In this document: positions 1 through 8,988 of the stretch, one piece after another
How positions within the stretch are numbered: position 1 is the first letter of the stretch
Layout of the letters: every line of letters begins with the position of its first letter
Source: Parvibaculales bacterium
GTDB taxonomy: Bacteria; Pseudomonadota; Alphaproteobacteria; RS24
Direction of reading: 5' to 3'
Assembly: GCA_049889415.1 (NCBI GenBank)
Contig: JBMHDL010000008.1
Coordinates: 12,372 to 76,371, forward strand
DNA length: 64,000 nucleotides
The notes under the pieces: model-generated
What the model was told of the DNA's origin: nothing
Database searches by the model: none
Seen by the model: only the letters and a program-made list of their open reading frames with translations
Translations under genes and position numbers: made by a program

Positions 1-291
1 GCCTGCAATCATGCCTCTGAAGTGACTGTCACGGTCCAACAGGAAGAGGGAAATATTGTCATCAGCGTTTCTGATAACGGCCCCGGCATTCCGGAGGAAA
101 ACCGCGAGGATGTTTTCCGCCCCTTCTTCCGTCTGGATGATGCGCGCAACATGCAAATGGGCGGGACGGGGCTGGGCCTCGCGATCGCCCGCGACATTGC
201 CCGCGGCCATGGGGGGGACATAAGGTTGAGTGAGAGTGTTGAGCGGGGTCTTCGCGCCGACATCACCCTGCCCCTTCAGGTTTTGCGCTGA
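1..291 (+). CDS. Sensor histidine kinase, C-terminal HATPase_c fragment (5' end lies outside the window)
   Basis: Frame 1 is open from base 1. Translation carries ATP-lid motifs VSDNGPGIP and GGTGLGLAIARDI. Stop at 289-291. Confidence 0.85.
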   Translation, partial: ACNHASEVTVTVQQEEGNIVISVSDNGPGIPEENREDVFRPFFRLDDARNMQMGGTGLGLAIARDIARGHGGDIRLSESVERGLRADITLPLQVLR

Positions 292-294
292 CGA

Positions 295-1101
295 TTATTC
301 CTCGGAGAGGTTTTGCGACCTTTGGGCGGCGGCGGCGGCGGTTTTTTCAAGCAGAAGGGAAAGGGCGTCCGGTTGCATCAGAACCTCAAGTCCTGCCTGC
401 GTGGTTCCGTTTGGCGAGGTGACGTTTTCACGCAATTCAGCCGCACTTGTTTCGAGTTCCCCAAGCATCCGGCCGGCTCCCGCAACAGTCTGCCGGGCAA
501 GGCTCATGGCAAGGGCGCTGTCCAGTCCAAGTTTTTCACCGGCCTCGGCCAGCGCTTCAACAAAATGGAAAACATAGGCCGGCCCGCTGCCGCTGATGGC
601 CGTCACCGCATCCATCAAGCCTTCATTATCAATCCATGCGGTCGTCCCGATGGCTGACATCAACGCATTGGCCTGGCTTTTCTGCCGTTCGGACACCGCT
701 GCGGACGCAATCAAAACACTGGCCCCGGCACCCAGTGAAGCCGGCGTATTCGGCATTGTCCGGACAATCGCCGACAATCCGGTTAAATGCCCGATCCGCT
801 CAAGTGACAGCCCTGCCATGATGGACAGAACCAGACTGTCCGACGGCAAGATCTCACGCATTTCTGTAATAACATCAGACGCCATTTGCGGTTTCACAGC
901 CAAAACGACAATGTCGGGTTGTCTGGCGGCAATGTCATTCATGGCGGGATTCAGAGACAAACCGGAGACGTCCAGATCCGGATTGGGCATTGGATCCAGT
1001 ATCATGATTTTTGCCGGCTCCAGCCCGTTGGTGACCCAGCCCGACACCATGGCGCTTCCCATTTTACCGGCACCAATCAAGAGAATATTGTTTATGTCCA
1101 T
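295..1101 (-). CDS. proC: Pyrroline-5-carboxylate reductase
   Basis: Internal Met start MDINNILLIGAGKMGSAM (Rossmann GxGxxG), then LAVKPQ and a PNTP-containing core typical of ProC. ATG complement at 1099-1101. Confidence 0.9.
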   Translation of the reverse strand: MDINNILLIGAGKMGSAMVSGWVTNGLEPAKIMILDPMPNPDLDVSGLSLNPAMNDIAARQPDIVVLAVKPQMASDVITEMREILPSDSLVLSIMAGLSLERIGHLTGLSAIVRTMPNTPASLGAGASVLIASAAVSERQKSQANALMSAIGTTAWIDNEGLMDAVTAISGSGPAYVFHFVEALAEAGEKLGLDSALAMSLARQTVAGAGRMLGELETSAAELRENVTSPNGTTQAGLEVLMQPDALSLLLEKTAAAAAQRSQNLSEE

Positions 1102-1126
1102 CGGACTGTTCAGCCTGCTGCTCGGT

Positions 1127-1627
1127 TCAGGCGTCCCCTTTGGTTTCAAACATGCAGGCTTCCAAAGCCTCATTTGCTGAATGGCCGGACCAGATAATAT
1201 ATTGGAAAGCGGGAAAGAACCGCTCGCAATTCTCGATCGAGTTCGTCAGGACGGATGCACATTGTGACAAGGAGAGCGACTCGCCAGTTACCAGAACCGT
1301 ATTGCGGAACAAGATGGACCCGTCAGTTGACCATATATCAAAGTGACCGGACCATAGTTGCTCATTGATCAGCGCCAGAAGCTCCAGCACATCCTGACGT
1401 TTATTTTGCGGGATGCGGGTGTCCAGGACGCAGGCAATGTGCAAACCGCCCAGGTCACTGCGCCAGCTGACGGCAAGATGAAAATCACAATATTTCCCGG
1501 CGACACAAACATTCATGTCATCCTCTGTGCCGCGTTCACAGGGCCACTCATGACTGGCGGCAAGCGTTTCAAGCACATCAATGGGATGGCTGCTGTTGAG
1601 GAGGTCCGTCTCGTTCACCAAACTCAT
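1127..1627 (-). CDS. YbjN-domain protein (putative sensory transduction regulator family)
   Basis: 166-aa ORF directly upstream of proC, a pairing recalled from alphaproteobacteria. Acidic small protein with YbjN-like length and composition. Family assignment is from memory, not alignment. Confidence 0.65.
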   Translation of the reverse strand: MSLVNETDLLNSSHPIDVLETLAASHEWPCERGTEDDMNVCVAGKYCDFHLAVSWRSDLGGLHIACVLDTRIPQNKRQDVLELLALINEQLWSGHFDIWSTDGSILFRNTVLVTGESLSLSQCASVLTNSIENCERFFPAFQYIIWSGHSANEALEACMFETKGDA

Positions 1628-1749
1628 GCTTTGTTCAAGCTCCTATCGGTCAGGGGGCAAATACCCACATATTGGGTCTGACAACACCGTGACCCACTAC
1701 ATGAGTGTGCATGATTCCCCGTAGACGAGCGAGAAACTTGACCGTGAAT

Positions 1750-2160
1750 TTATTTTTTTGACGATTTGCCTGTGGATGAAGTCTGACCGGCGGTTTTGGT
1801 TTTGTTTAACGCGGTTTTCCGTGTGGTTTTTTTCACCGGCTTTTTAACCGGTTTTTTGGCCGGTTTGGCAGCTTTCTTTTCAGCTGATTTGGGAGCTGAT
1901 TTGGGAACTGATTTGTCGGCCCCGCCTGTTTCCAATTGCGCAACTTTTTCAGTCAGGGTCTTGACCTGCGCATGCGCGGACAGCGCGGCTTCGCGCACCA
2001 TATCAAACTCTTCCCGCGACACCCAATCAGCGGAAGATACATATTTCCTGATCTGTTCCTGTATGAGCGTCTCTATTTCTTTTTGTGCACTACGGGCAGC
2101 CCCGGCCGCACCCATGACCAATTTCGACAAATCACTAAAAATGTCACCCTGCTTGGACAT
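1750..2160 (-). CDS. UbiK/BMFP-family accessory factor with Lys/Pro/Ala-rich C-terminal tail
   Basis: N-terminal 85 aa (MSKQGDIFSDLSKL ... WVSREEFDMVRE ... LTEKVAQLE) resemble the coiled-coil UbiK/BMFP family. The tail reads KSAPKSAEKKAAKPAKKPVKKPVKK. Confidence 0.7.
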   Translation of the reverse strand: MSKQGDIFSDLSKLVMGAAGAARSAQKEIETLIQEQIRKYVSSADWVSREEFDMVREAALSAHAQVKTLTEKVAQLETGGADKSVPKSAPKSAEKKAAKPAKKPVKKPVKKTTRKTALNKTKTAGQTSSTGKSSKK

Positions 2161-2248
2161 CCGGATCTCCTAAATTCTGACGTGCAAAGCTGATATCACG
2201 TGTTAATATAAGTATATCCGTCATATCGTCATTCGAAAAGTGATCATC

Positions 2249-3082
2249 ATGCCTTTTCCTGAATTTGACCCCGTTATCTTCAAGATTGGTTTTTTTACCC
2301 TGCGTTGGTACGCCCTCGCCTATATTGCGGGGCTTTGGATCGGGTGGTGGTATGTCCGATCATTAATGGCGCAAACGGCACTCTGGACGCCAGGCAAACC
2401 GCCGGCCGGCAGGGAGCAAATTGATGACCTGCTGTTATGGGTAACATTGGGGGTGATTGTTGGCGGCCGGCTTGGATATGTGGTGTTTTACAACCTCCCC
2501 CATTACCTCTCCAATCCGGGCGAAATCATGGCTGTCTGGCAAGGCGGCATGTCCTTCCATGGCGGGTTTTTGGGAGTTGTGATCGCCGTCTGGTTGTTTT
2601 CTCGTAGACATCAGCTTGCCGTTATCAGCCTTGGTGACAGCGTGGCGACTGCCGCGCCCTTTGGGTTGTTTTTTGGACGCCTCGCCAATTTCATCAACAG
2701 CGAATTATGGGGACGCCAAACTGATCACCCCATTGGTGTGATTTTTCCCAATGGCGGACCGCTCCCCCGCCACCCGAGCCAGCTTTATGAGGCGGCTTTG
2801 GAAGGACTTTTGCTGTTTTTGATTTTGCGGCTGGCAACACATCGGTTTCATCGTCTGCGTTCGCCCGGTGCCATCATCGGACTGTTCCTGCTCGGCTATG
2901 GCATGGCCCGTATCCTTGTCGAGCAATTCCGGCAACCGGACGCACATATTGGGTTTTTGGCCGGGGGAACGACTTTGGGGGCTTGGCTGTCATATCCCAT
3001 GGTTTTGGTTGGCATGGTTTTGCTTGTTCCGGGCCTGCGCAGACGCATCGGTCTGACAGACAATCAACGGTTGGGGGCATGA
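2249..3082 (+). CDS. lgt: Prolipoprotein diacylglyceryl transferase
   Basis: MPFPEFDPVIFKIGFFTLRWYALAYIAG ... GGMSFHGGFLG ... GRLANFINSELWGR are Lgt signature segments. ATG at 2249; a GTG at 2240 is also possible. Confidence 0.9.
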   Translation: MPFPEFDPVIFKIGFFTLRWYALAYIAGLWIGWWYVRSLMAQTALWTPGKPPAGREQIDDLLLWVTLGVIVGGRLGYVVFYNLPHYLSNPGEIMAVWQGGMSFHGGFLGVVIAVWLFSRRHQLAVISLGDSVATAAPFGLFFGRLANFINSELWGRQTDHPIGVIFPNGGPLPRHPSQLYEAALEGLLLFLILRLATHRFHRLRSPGAIIGLFLLGYGMARILVEQFRQPDAHIGFLAGGTTLGAWLSYPMVLVGMVLLVPGLRRRIGLTDNQRLGA

Positions 3083-4170
3083 ATAAGCTGGAAAACAAAA
3101 TCAGAGCCCTGATCAAGCAGCAGGGACCAATCCCCCTGAACACATTCATGCACATGGCCTTACAGGATCCGGAAGACGGCTATTACATCAAGCAGGATCC
3201 GCTGGGTCAGAGCGGGGATTTCATTACCGCTCCGGAAATTAGTCAGATATTCGGGGAAATGATAGGTCTGTGGGTGGCGGATTTCATGTTACGCAATCCC
3301 GTCAGCGCGTTTCATCTTGTTGAGCTTGGTCCTGGACGCGGAACTTTGATGAGCGATATGGTGCGCGTTATCAAATCCTCCCCTGCTTTGGCAGGGTTGG
3401 CCGATATCCTGCACATCCATTTGGTTGAAACCAGCCCGGCTCTTCGCCTTGCCCAGAAATCAAATCTTGACCAGTTCAGCCTCACTCCGCAATGGCATGA
3501 AGATTTTTCAAGCCTGCCTCAAGCCCCCTGTCTGGTCATCGCCAATGAGTTTTTTGACGCTCTCCCCATCCAACAGTTCATCCACCGGGAAGGCTCTTGG
3601 CAGGAACGCCTCGTCGCCCTTGAGGGTGAGGATTTGGTATTTACCAGTTCGTCGACAAAGGCCAGCGTCACCTTTTCCGCCCCCGCCATGAACGGAGTGT
3701 CAGACGGTGACATTATTGAGGTCTCCCCGGCTTCAGAGCAGGCAATGACGCATCTGTGCCGGCACATCAACGCCTTTGGCGGGGGCTTGCTGGCCATAGA
3801 TTACGGATATGTACAACCGGCCCTTGGCGACAGCTTCCAGGCCCTGCACAAACATAATCATGTTTCCCCGTTGACTCATATTGGCGATGCCGACCTGACG
3901 GCACATGTCAATTTTTCAGCGCTGGCCGACATTGCCCGCATATCCGGCCTAAGGGTTTGGGGCCCTGAAACACAGGGGCATTTTCTTACACATTTAGGCG
4001 CCGAAACCCGCCTGCATCAGATTTTGGCCAAAGCACCGCGTACCAGCCAGGGCCAGATTGCTGACGCTTATCAGCGTTTGATCGCACCTGATCAAATGGG
4101 ACATTTGTTCAAGGTTCTCGCGGTCACACCCGCAGGAAGCGCCGCGCCGGAGGGCTTTCCCCGTGCTTGA
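3079..4170 (+). CDS. SAM-dependent methyltransferase, NDUFAF7/MidA (DUF185) family
   Basis: GDFITAPEISQIFGEMIG and ELGPGRGTLM motifs. ATG at 3079 overlaps the lgt stop (ATGA). Confidence 0.8.
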   Translation: MNKLENKIRALIKQQGPIPLNTFMHMALQDPEDGYYIKQDPLGQSGDFITAPEISQIFGEMIGLWVADFMLRNPVSAFHLVELGPGRGTLMSDMVRVIKSSPALAGLADILHIHLVETSPALRLAQKSNLDQFSLTPQWHEDFSSLPQAPCLVIANEFFDALPIQQFIHREGSWQERLVALEGEDLVFTSSSTKASVTFSAPAMNGVSDGDIIEVSPASEQAMTHLCRHINAFGGGLLAIDYGYVQPALGDSFQALHKHNHVSPLTHIGDADLTAHVNFSALADIARISGLRVWGPETQGHFLTHLGAETRLHQILAKAPRTSQGQIADAYQRLIAPDQMGHLFKVLAVTPAGSAAPEGFPRA

Positions 4171-4927
4171 CCCGCTCACCCATGACAGCCTTTCCGTCAA
4201 ACACGGGTTTTTCACCCGCAAAGGCGGCGTCTCAAAGGGTCTGTATGCCGGTCTGAATGTCGGCTTCGGCTCTAATGACGCCCCCGACAAGGTGGCGGAA
4301 AACAGACAGCGTGTTGCGGATGATCTGGGCGTGTCACGCATCATGACCCTGCACCAGACCCACAGCAGCACTGTTCAGATCCTGAAATCTGATACGCCCC
4401 TTCCCGATGATGCTTTGCTCGGGGATGCGTTGATAACCGACCGCGATGACATCAGCATCGGCGTGTTGACGGCGGATTGTGCGCCGGTGTTGTTTTATGC
4501 GCCTCAGGCTGGATGGATCGGAGCGGCCCATGCAGGCTGGCGCGGTGCCTTGTCGGGCATTATCGAAAGCACTGCGACAGCCCTGCGCGACATGACCGGT
4601 GCCCAAGCCGAAATAAGGGCTGTTGTTGGCCCGTGTATATCCGCCCCCAATTACGAGGTTGATCTGGCCTTTCAGGACAGATTTCTCCAAACCGACCAAA
4701 ACAACGAAGTCTATTTCAGCCCCGCAACACGTGATGGGCATACCATGTTCGATCTGCAGGCTTATGTCGGCGACCGTTGCCGACAGGCAGGATGCACTTC
4801 AGTTAACCGAATCACTGCCTGCACATATGCTGAGCCGGACCGGTTTTATTCCTACAGGCGCAGCTGCCACCGTAAAGAACCCGACTATGGACGCCAAATC
4901 AGCGCCATAAGCCTGAAGGAATTGTGA
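4163..4927 (+). CDS. pgeF: Peptidoglycan editing factor PgeF (YfiH/laccase-domain protein)
   Basis: HGFFTRKGGVS ... LHQTHS ... TADCAPVLF ... AHAGWRG motifs. GTG start at 4163 overlaps the upstream stop. Confidence 0.85.
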   Translation: MLDPLTHDSLSVKHGFFTRKGGVSKGLYAGLNVGFGSNDAPDKVAENRQRVADDLGVSRIMTLHQTHSSTVQILKSDTPLPDDALLGDALITDRDDISIGVLTADCAPVLFYAPQAGWIGAAHAGWRGALSGIIESTATALRDMTGAQAEIRAVVGPCISAPNYEVDLAFQDRFLQTDQNNEVYFSPATRDGHTMFDLQAYVGDRCRQAGCTSVNRITACTYAEPDRFYSYRRSCHRKEPDYGRQISAISLKEL

Positions 4928-5013
4928 ATTGTTTTATTTTTGTGAAAAAAACGAGTCGCACCCAGGTGATGGCTTTGTTAAAAATTGAGTGAGTTAATCA
5001 CGGGAATCAAATC

Positions 5014-5946
5014 ATGAAATTGCTTGCCGGAAACAGCAACCGTCCCCTCGCTGAAGCCATCGCCAAATATCTAGACCTGGAGCTTGCCGACTGCAATGTT
5101 CAAAGATTCGCCGACAAGGAAGTTTTTGTCGAAATCAATGAAAATGTGCGTGGTGAAGATGTGTTCATCATCCAGTCCACTTCATTTCCTGCCAATGACC
5201 ACATCATGGAACTGCTGATCATGATTGATGCCCTGCGGCGTTCCTCCGCCCGCCGCATCACCGCGGTCATCCCTTATTTCGGTTATGCCAGACAGGACAG
5301 GAAACCCGGCCCGAGAACTCCTATTTCAGCCAAGCTGGTCGCCAACCTCATTGAGTCAGCCGGCGTTGACCGGATCCTCACAGTAGATTTGCATGCCGGC
5401 CAAATTCAGGGTTTCTTCGACATCCCCACCGACAATCTTTTTGCCGCCCCCGTATTTGTGAAAGATATTGAACGCCGGTTTGACGGGGAAGAACTGATGG
5501 TTGTTTCGCCTGATGTTGGCGGCGTGGTCCGAACACGGGCTTTGGGTAAGCGGATTGGCGCGGATTTGGCGATTGTTGACAAACGCCGGGAAAAAGCCGG
5601 CGAGTCCGAAGTCATGAATATTGTCGGTGATGTCGAAGGCCGGTCCTGTCTGCTGGTCGATGATATTGTTGACAGTGGCGGAACCCTTTGCAACGCCGCT
5701 GAAGCACTGTTGAATAACGGGGCCAAAAGCGTATCCGCCTATATCACCCACGGCGTGTTGTCCGGCGCGGCGGTGGAGCGGGTGGAAAACTCAAAACTCG
5801 ATAAACTTTTGATTACCGACACCATTCAACCCACGGATGCAGTTCAGGACAGCAACAAATTCGATATTATAAGCCTTGCCCCGCTATTTGGTGAAGCCAT
5901 GCTGCGCACGTCAGAGGAAAGATCCGTTTCCAGCCTGTTCCATTAA
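5014..5946 (+). CDS. prs: Ribose-phosphate pyrophosphokinase
   Basis: [17 protein letters not shown] ... [11 protein letters not shown] ... [11 protein letters not shown] ... [12 protein letters not shown] are canonical Prs motifs. Confidence 0.95.
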   Translation: MKLLAGNSNRPLAEAIAKYLDLELADCNVQRFADKEVFVEINENVRGEDVFIIQSTSFPANDHIMELLIMIDALRRSSARRITAVIPYFGYARQDRKPGPRTPISAKLVANLIESAGVDRILTVDLHAGQIQGFFDIPTDNLFAAPVFVKDIERRFDGEELMVVSPDVGGVVRTRALGKRIGADLAIVDKRREKAGESEVMNIVGDVEGRSCLLVDDIVDSGGTLCNAAEALLNNGAKSVSAYITHGVLSGAAVERVENSKLDKLLITDTIQPTDAVQDSNKFDIISLAPLFGEAMLRTSEERSVSSLFH

Positions 5947-5957
5947 GTGACTGGGGA

Positions 5958-5990
5958 CAAAAAAAACCCGCCATTTGGCGGGTTTTTTGT
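5958..5990. terminator. Bidirectional rho-independent terminator between prs and rpsD
   Basis: A-run, then stem CCCGCC (5967-5972), loop ATTT, stem GGCGGG (5977-5982), then T-run. It sits between convergent genes. Confidence 0.8.
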
Positions 5991-6007
5991 TGGGTTTTCA
6001 AAATTAT

Positions 6008-6628
6008 CTAATTGCGTGAATAATATTCCACCACCAAATTCGGTTCCATCTGAACAGGATAGGGAACATCCGCAAGCTGCGGCACACGGATCAGTTTTGC
6101 TGTCATTTTAGTATGGTCCGCTTCAACATAATCCGGAACGTCACGCTCGGGTGACTGAATGGCTTCCAGAACAATAGTCAGATTGCGGGATTTTTCACGC
6201 AGTTCCACAACATCGTCAGGACGAATGCGGGCGCTTGGAATGTTGCAGCGGCGGCCATTTACCATGACATGACCATGGTTGACCAATTGCCGTGCAGCAA
6301 ACACTGTTGTGACGAATTTTGCGCGATAAACAACGGCGTCAAGGCGTTGTTCCAGCAGACCAATAAGATTTTCGCTGGTGTCACCCTTGATGCGCCCGGC
6401 TTCGCGGTAGGTTCGTTTAAACTGTTTTTCGGTAATGTTGCCGTAATAGCCTTTCAGCTTTTGTTTGGCGCGCAGCTGCAGTCCAAAGTCGGACAGTTTG
6501 CCCCGACGGTTCTGGCCATGCTGGCCGGGTCCATATTCACGGCGGTTGACGGGGCTTTTGGGACGGCCCCAAATGTTTTCGCCCATGCGGCGATCGATTT
6601 TGTACTTCGTACTGATCCGCTTGCTCAT
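6008..6628 (-). CDS. rpsD: 30S ribosomal protein S4
   Basis: [26 protein letters not shown] ... [12 protein letters not shown] ... [14 protein letters not shown] Shine-Dalgarno lies upstream of the ATG complement at 6626-6628. Confidence 0.95.
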   Translation of the reverse strand: MSKRISTKYKIDRRMGENIWGRPKSPVNRREYGPGQHGQNRRGKLSDFGLQLRAKQKLKGYYGNITEKQFKRTYREAGRIKGDTSENLIGLLEQRLDAVVYRAKFVTTVFAARQLVNHGHVMVNGRRCNIPSARIRPDDVVELREKSRNLTIVLEAIQSPERDVPDYVEADHTKMTAKLIRVPQLADVPYPVQMEPNLVVEYYSRN

Positions 6629-6797
6629 GCGGTTATCCTCCAATTGCCGTCTTGCGGCCAATTAAATTAAGACCGTGGCTCATCCACGATCGTCAGTGGC
6701 GCGCAGTATAGCCATAAGCCGTCATGTGTCAAACGGTTTGCACCGCTGCCGGTAAGGGGGGCGAATAAAGGAATTCCGGGAAACAGCTGCGTGCCGG

Positions 6798-7604
6798 TCA
6801 ATCCACGCCGCCAGGGTCCTTGTCGCCTTTTGAAATGGCCAGAACGCGCTGTTTCATCTCACTGTCCTTTGCCCCGCGCGGCCAGCGCAACAGGGAGTTG
6901 ATCACGCCCCGGAAGGTTCGGATATCCTGTTCGGTCAAATCAGCGCGCAGAAACATATTTTTCAGATTGCGCATCATGGCCGGCTTTTTTTCCTCGGGAA
7001 GCAGAAAACCTGAATGATCCAGGGCGTTTTCCAGATGATTGAACATGCCGTTCAGTTCACTCCTGTTGGCCGGACGCGTATTCGGCAGGGATTGGCTCAT
7101 GGCGGGTGTGACATCTTCATGTTCAAACCAGCAATAAGCCGTCAGCAAAACAGCTTGGGCGAGGTTCAATGACGAAAAATCCGGATTAACCGGGATGCGA
7201 CAGATTGCATCACTTTGCGCAATCTCATCATTGTGCAAACCGGTACGCTCTGGCCCGTACACCAGTCCACATCGTTGCTGCCGCCCGGCACGCAAACGGA
7301 TCTCAGAGGCAACTTTTTTTGGTGTCAATGTCGTCTTGACCATATCACGCGGTCGCGCCGTGGTTGCAATGAGATAATTAAGATCGGCAATAGACTCCTC
7401 AAATGATTGATATTCTTTTCTTTTTTCAATCAATTCTTCAGCCCCGGAAGAGGCTTTACGCGCTCGCTCCACGTCCCAGCCTGGCTTCGGGTTGACGAGC
7501 CTCAAATCCGTCAGCCCGAAATTGAGCATGGCCCGGGCAACAGTTCCGATGTTGTCGCCCAGCTGTGGACGGACAAGAATAATGGCAGGTTTGAACGATG
7601 TCAT
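6798..7604 (-). CDS. SpoU/TrmH-family RNA 2'-O-methyltransferase (TrmJ-like)
   Basis: ILVRPQLGDNIGTVARAMLNFG ... LVYGPERTGL ... SLNLAQAV are SPOUT class motifs. Confidence 0.8.
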   Translation of the reverse strand: MTSFKPAIILVRPQLGDNIGTVARAMLNFGLTDLRLVNPKPGWDVERARKASSGAEELIEKRKEYQSFEESIADLNYLIATTARPRDMVKTTLTPKKVASEIRLRAGRQQRCGLVYGPERTGLHNDEIAQSDAICRIPVNPDFSSLNLAQAVLLTAYCWFEHEDVTPAMSQSLPNTRPANRSELNGMFNHLENALDHSGFLLPEEKKPAMMRNLKNMFLRADLTEQDIRTFRGVINSLLRWPRGAKDSEMKQRVLAISKGDKDPGGVD

Positions 7605-7723
7605 GTCTCTTCCTTTTCGTTAGCAGACGAAATATGACATCCTGACCCTTTTATCAATATGAAACCTCTGATATAGAAAACGTGCAATTGATAAGAACCA
7701 CTTTGGGCACGAGAGGGTATTGC

Positions 7724-8938
7724 ATGTCAAAAATTAAAGTAGAGAATCCCGTCGTTGAAATGGACGGGGATGAGATGACACGGATCATCTGGCAGTTCAT
7801 TAAGGACAAACTCATTCATCCATATCTGGATATTGATCTGAAATATTATGATCTCGGCATCGAGGCGCGGGATGACACCAATGACCAAATCACGGTCGAT
7901 GCCGCCGAAGCGATCAAAGAATTTGGAGTGGGCGTAAAATGCGCGACCATCACGCCCGACGAGGAACGCGTTGAGGAGTTCGGACTCAAGGAAATGTGGC
8001 GTTCTCCCAACGGCACCATCCGGAATATTTTGGGAGGTACCGTCTTCCGTGAACCCATAATCTGTAAAAACGTTCCACGGCTCGTCCCGGGCTGGACGGA
8101 TCCGATTGTCATCGGCCGTCATGCTTTTGGTGACCAATATCGCGCCACGGATTTTCTGGTGCCGGGAAAAGGCAAGCTGACCATCAAATGGGAAGCTGAG
8201 GACGGCAGTGACACCATTGAGCGTGACGTGTTTGACTTCCCCGGCAGCGGGGTCACCATGGCCATGTATAATTTGGACGACTCGATCCGAGATTTTGCTC
8301 GCGCGAGCATGAATTATGGCCTGAACCGCAAATGGGACGTCTATATGTCCACCAAAAACACCATCATGAAAGCCTATGACGGGCGCTTCAAGGATCTGTT
8401 TGAGGAAATCTACCAGACTGAATTCAAAGACCGGTTTGATGATGCTGGCATCATTTATGAGCATCGTCTGATCGATGACATGGTTGCCTGCGCCATGAAA
8501 TGGAACGGCAAATTCGTTTGGGCCTGTAAGAACTATGACGGCGACGTCCAATCCGACACAGTGGCACAAGGCTTTGGTTCTCTCGGCTTGATGACATCAA
8601 CATTGCTGACACCAGACGGTAAAATCATGGAAGCGGAAGCCGCACACGGTACGGTCACCCGCCATTACCGCCTGCACCAGAGAGGCGAAGAAACATCAAC
8701 CAACTCCATCGCCTCAATCTTTGCCTGGACTCGTGGTTTGATCAAACGAGGACAAATTGACGGCAATGACGCCTTGGTGGATTTTGCAACCAAGCTGGAA
8801 AAGGTCTGCATCGGCACGGTTGAAAGCGGTCACATGACCAAAGACCTTGCCCTGCTGGTCGGGTCCGAACAAAGCTGGCTGTCAACCACCGGCTTCCTCG
8901 ACAAGGTTGATGAGAATCTGCAAAAAGCCATGAGCTGA
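7724..8938 (+). CDS. icd: NADP-dependent isocitrate dehydrogenase (homodimeric, eukaryote-like type)
   Basis: [31 protein letters not shown] ... TITPDE ... [17 protein letters not shown] ... [14 protein letters not shown] at 7724 follows GAGAGGG. Confidence 0.95.
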   Translation: MSKIKVENPVVEMDGDEMTRIIWQFIKDKLIHPYLDIDLKYYDLGIEARDDTNDQITVDAAEAIKEFGVGVKCATITPDEERVEEFGLKEMWRSPNGTIRNILGGTVFREPIICKNVPRLVPGWTDPIVIGRHAFGDQYRATDFLVPGKGKLTIKWEAEDGSDTIERDVFDFPGSGVTMAMYNLDDSIRDFARASMNYGLNRKWDVYMSTKNTIMKAYDGRFKDLFEEIYQTEFKDRFDDAGIIYEHRLIDDMVACAMKWNGKFVWACKNYDGDVQSDTVAQGFGSLGLMTSTLLTPDGKIMEAEAAHGTVTRHYRLHQRGEETSTNSIASIFAWTRGLIKRGQIDGNDALVDFATKLEKVCIGTVESGHMTKDLALLVGSEQSWLSTTGFLDKVDENLQKAMS

Positions 8939-8951
8939 GCGGCTTAAACCT

Positions 8952-8988
8952 AAAAAGAAAACGCGGCCTTTTGGGCCGCGTTTTTTTA
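8952..8988. terminator. Bidirectional rho-independent terminator between icd and alaS
   Basis: AAAAAGAAAA, then stem GCGGCC (8963-8968), loop TTTTG, stem GGCCGC (8974-8979), then T7. The T-run overlaps the alaS stop codon. Confidence 0.75.

Noticed and set aside
325-341. GGC trinucleotide run (GGCGGCGGCGGCGGCGG)
   Set aside because: It lies inside the proC 3' coding region and simply encodes the poly-Ala stretch (TAAAAAQ) on the minus strand. It is not an independent repeat element.
7727-8569. 280-aa antisense ORF inside icd
   Set aside because: It is fully embedded opposite a high-confidence gene, has no family motifs, and its composition is typical of a shadow ORF.
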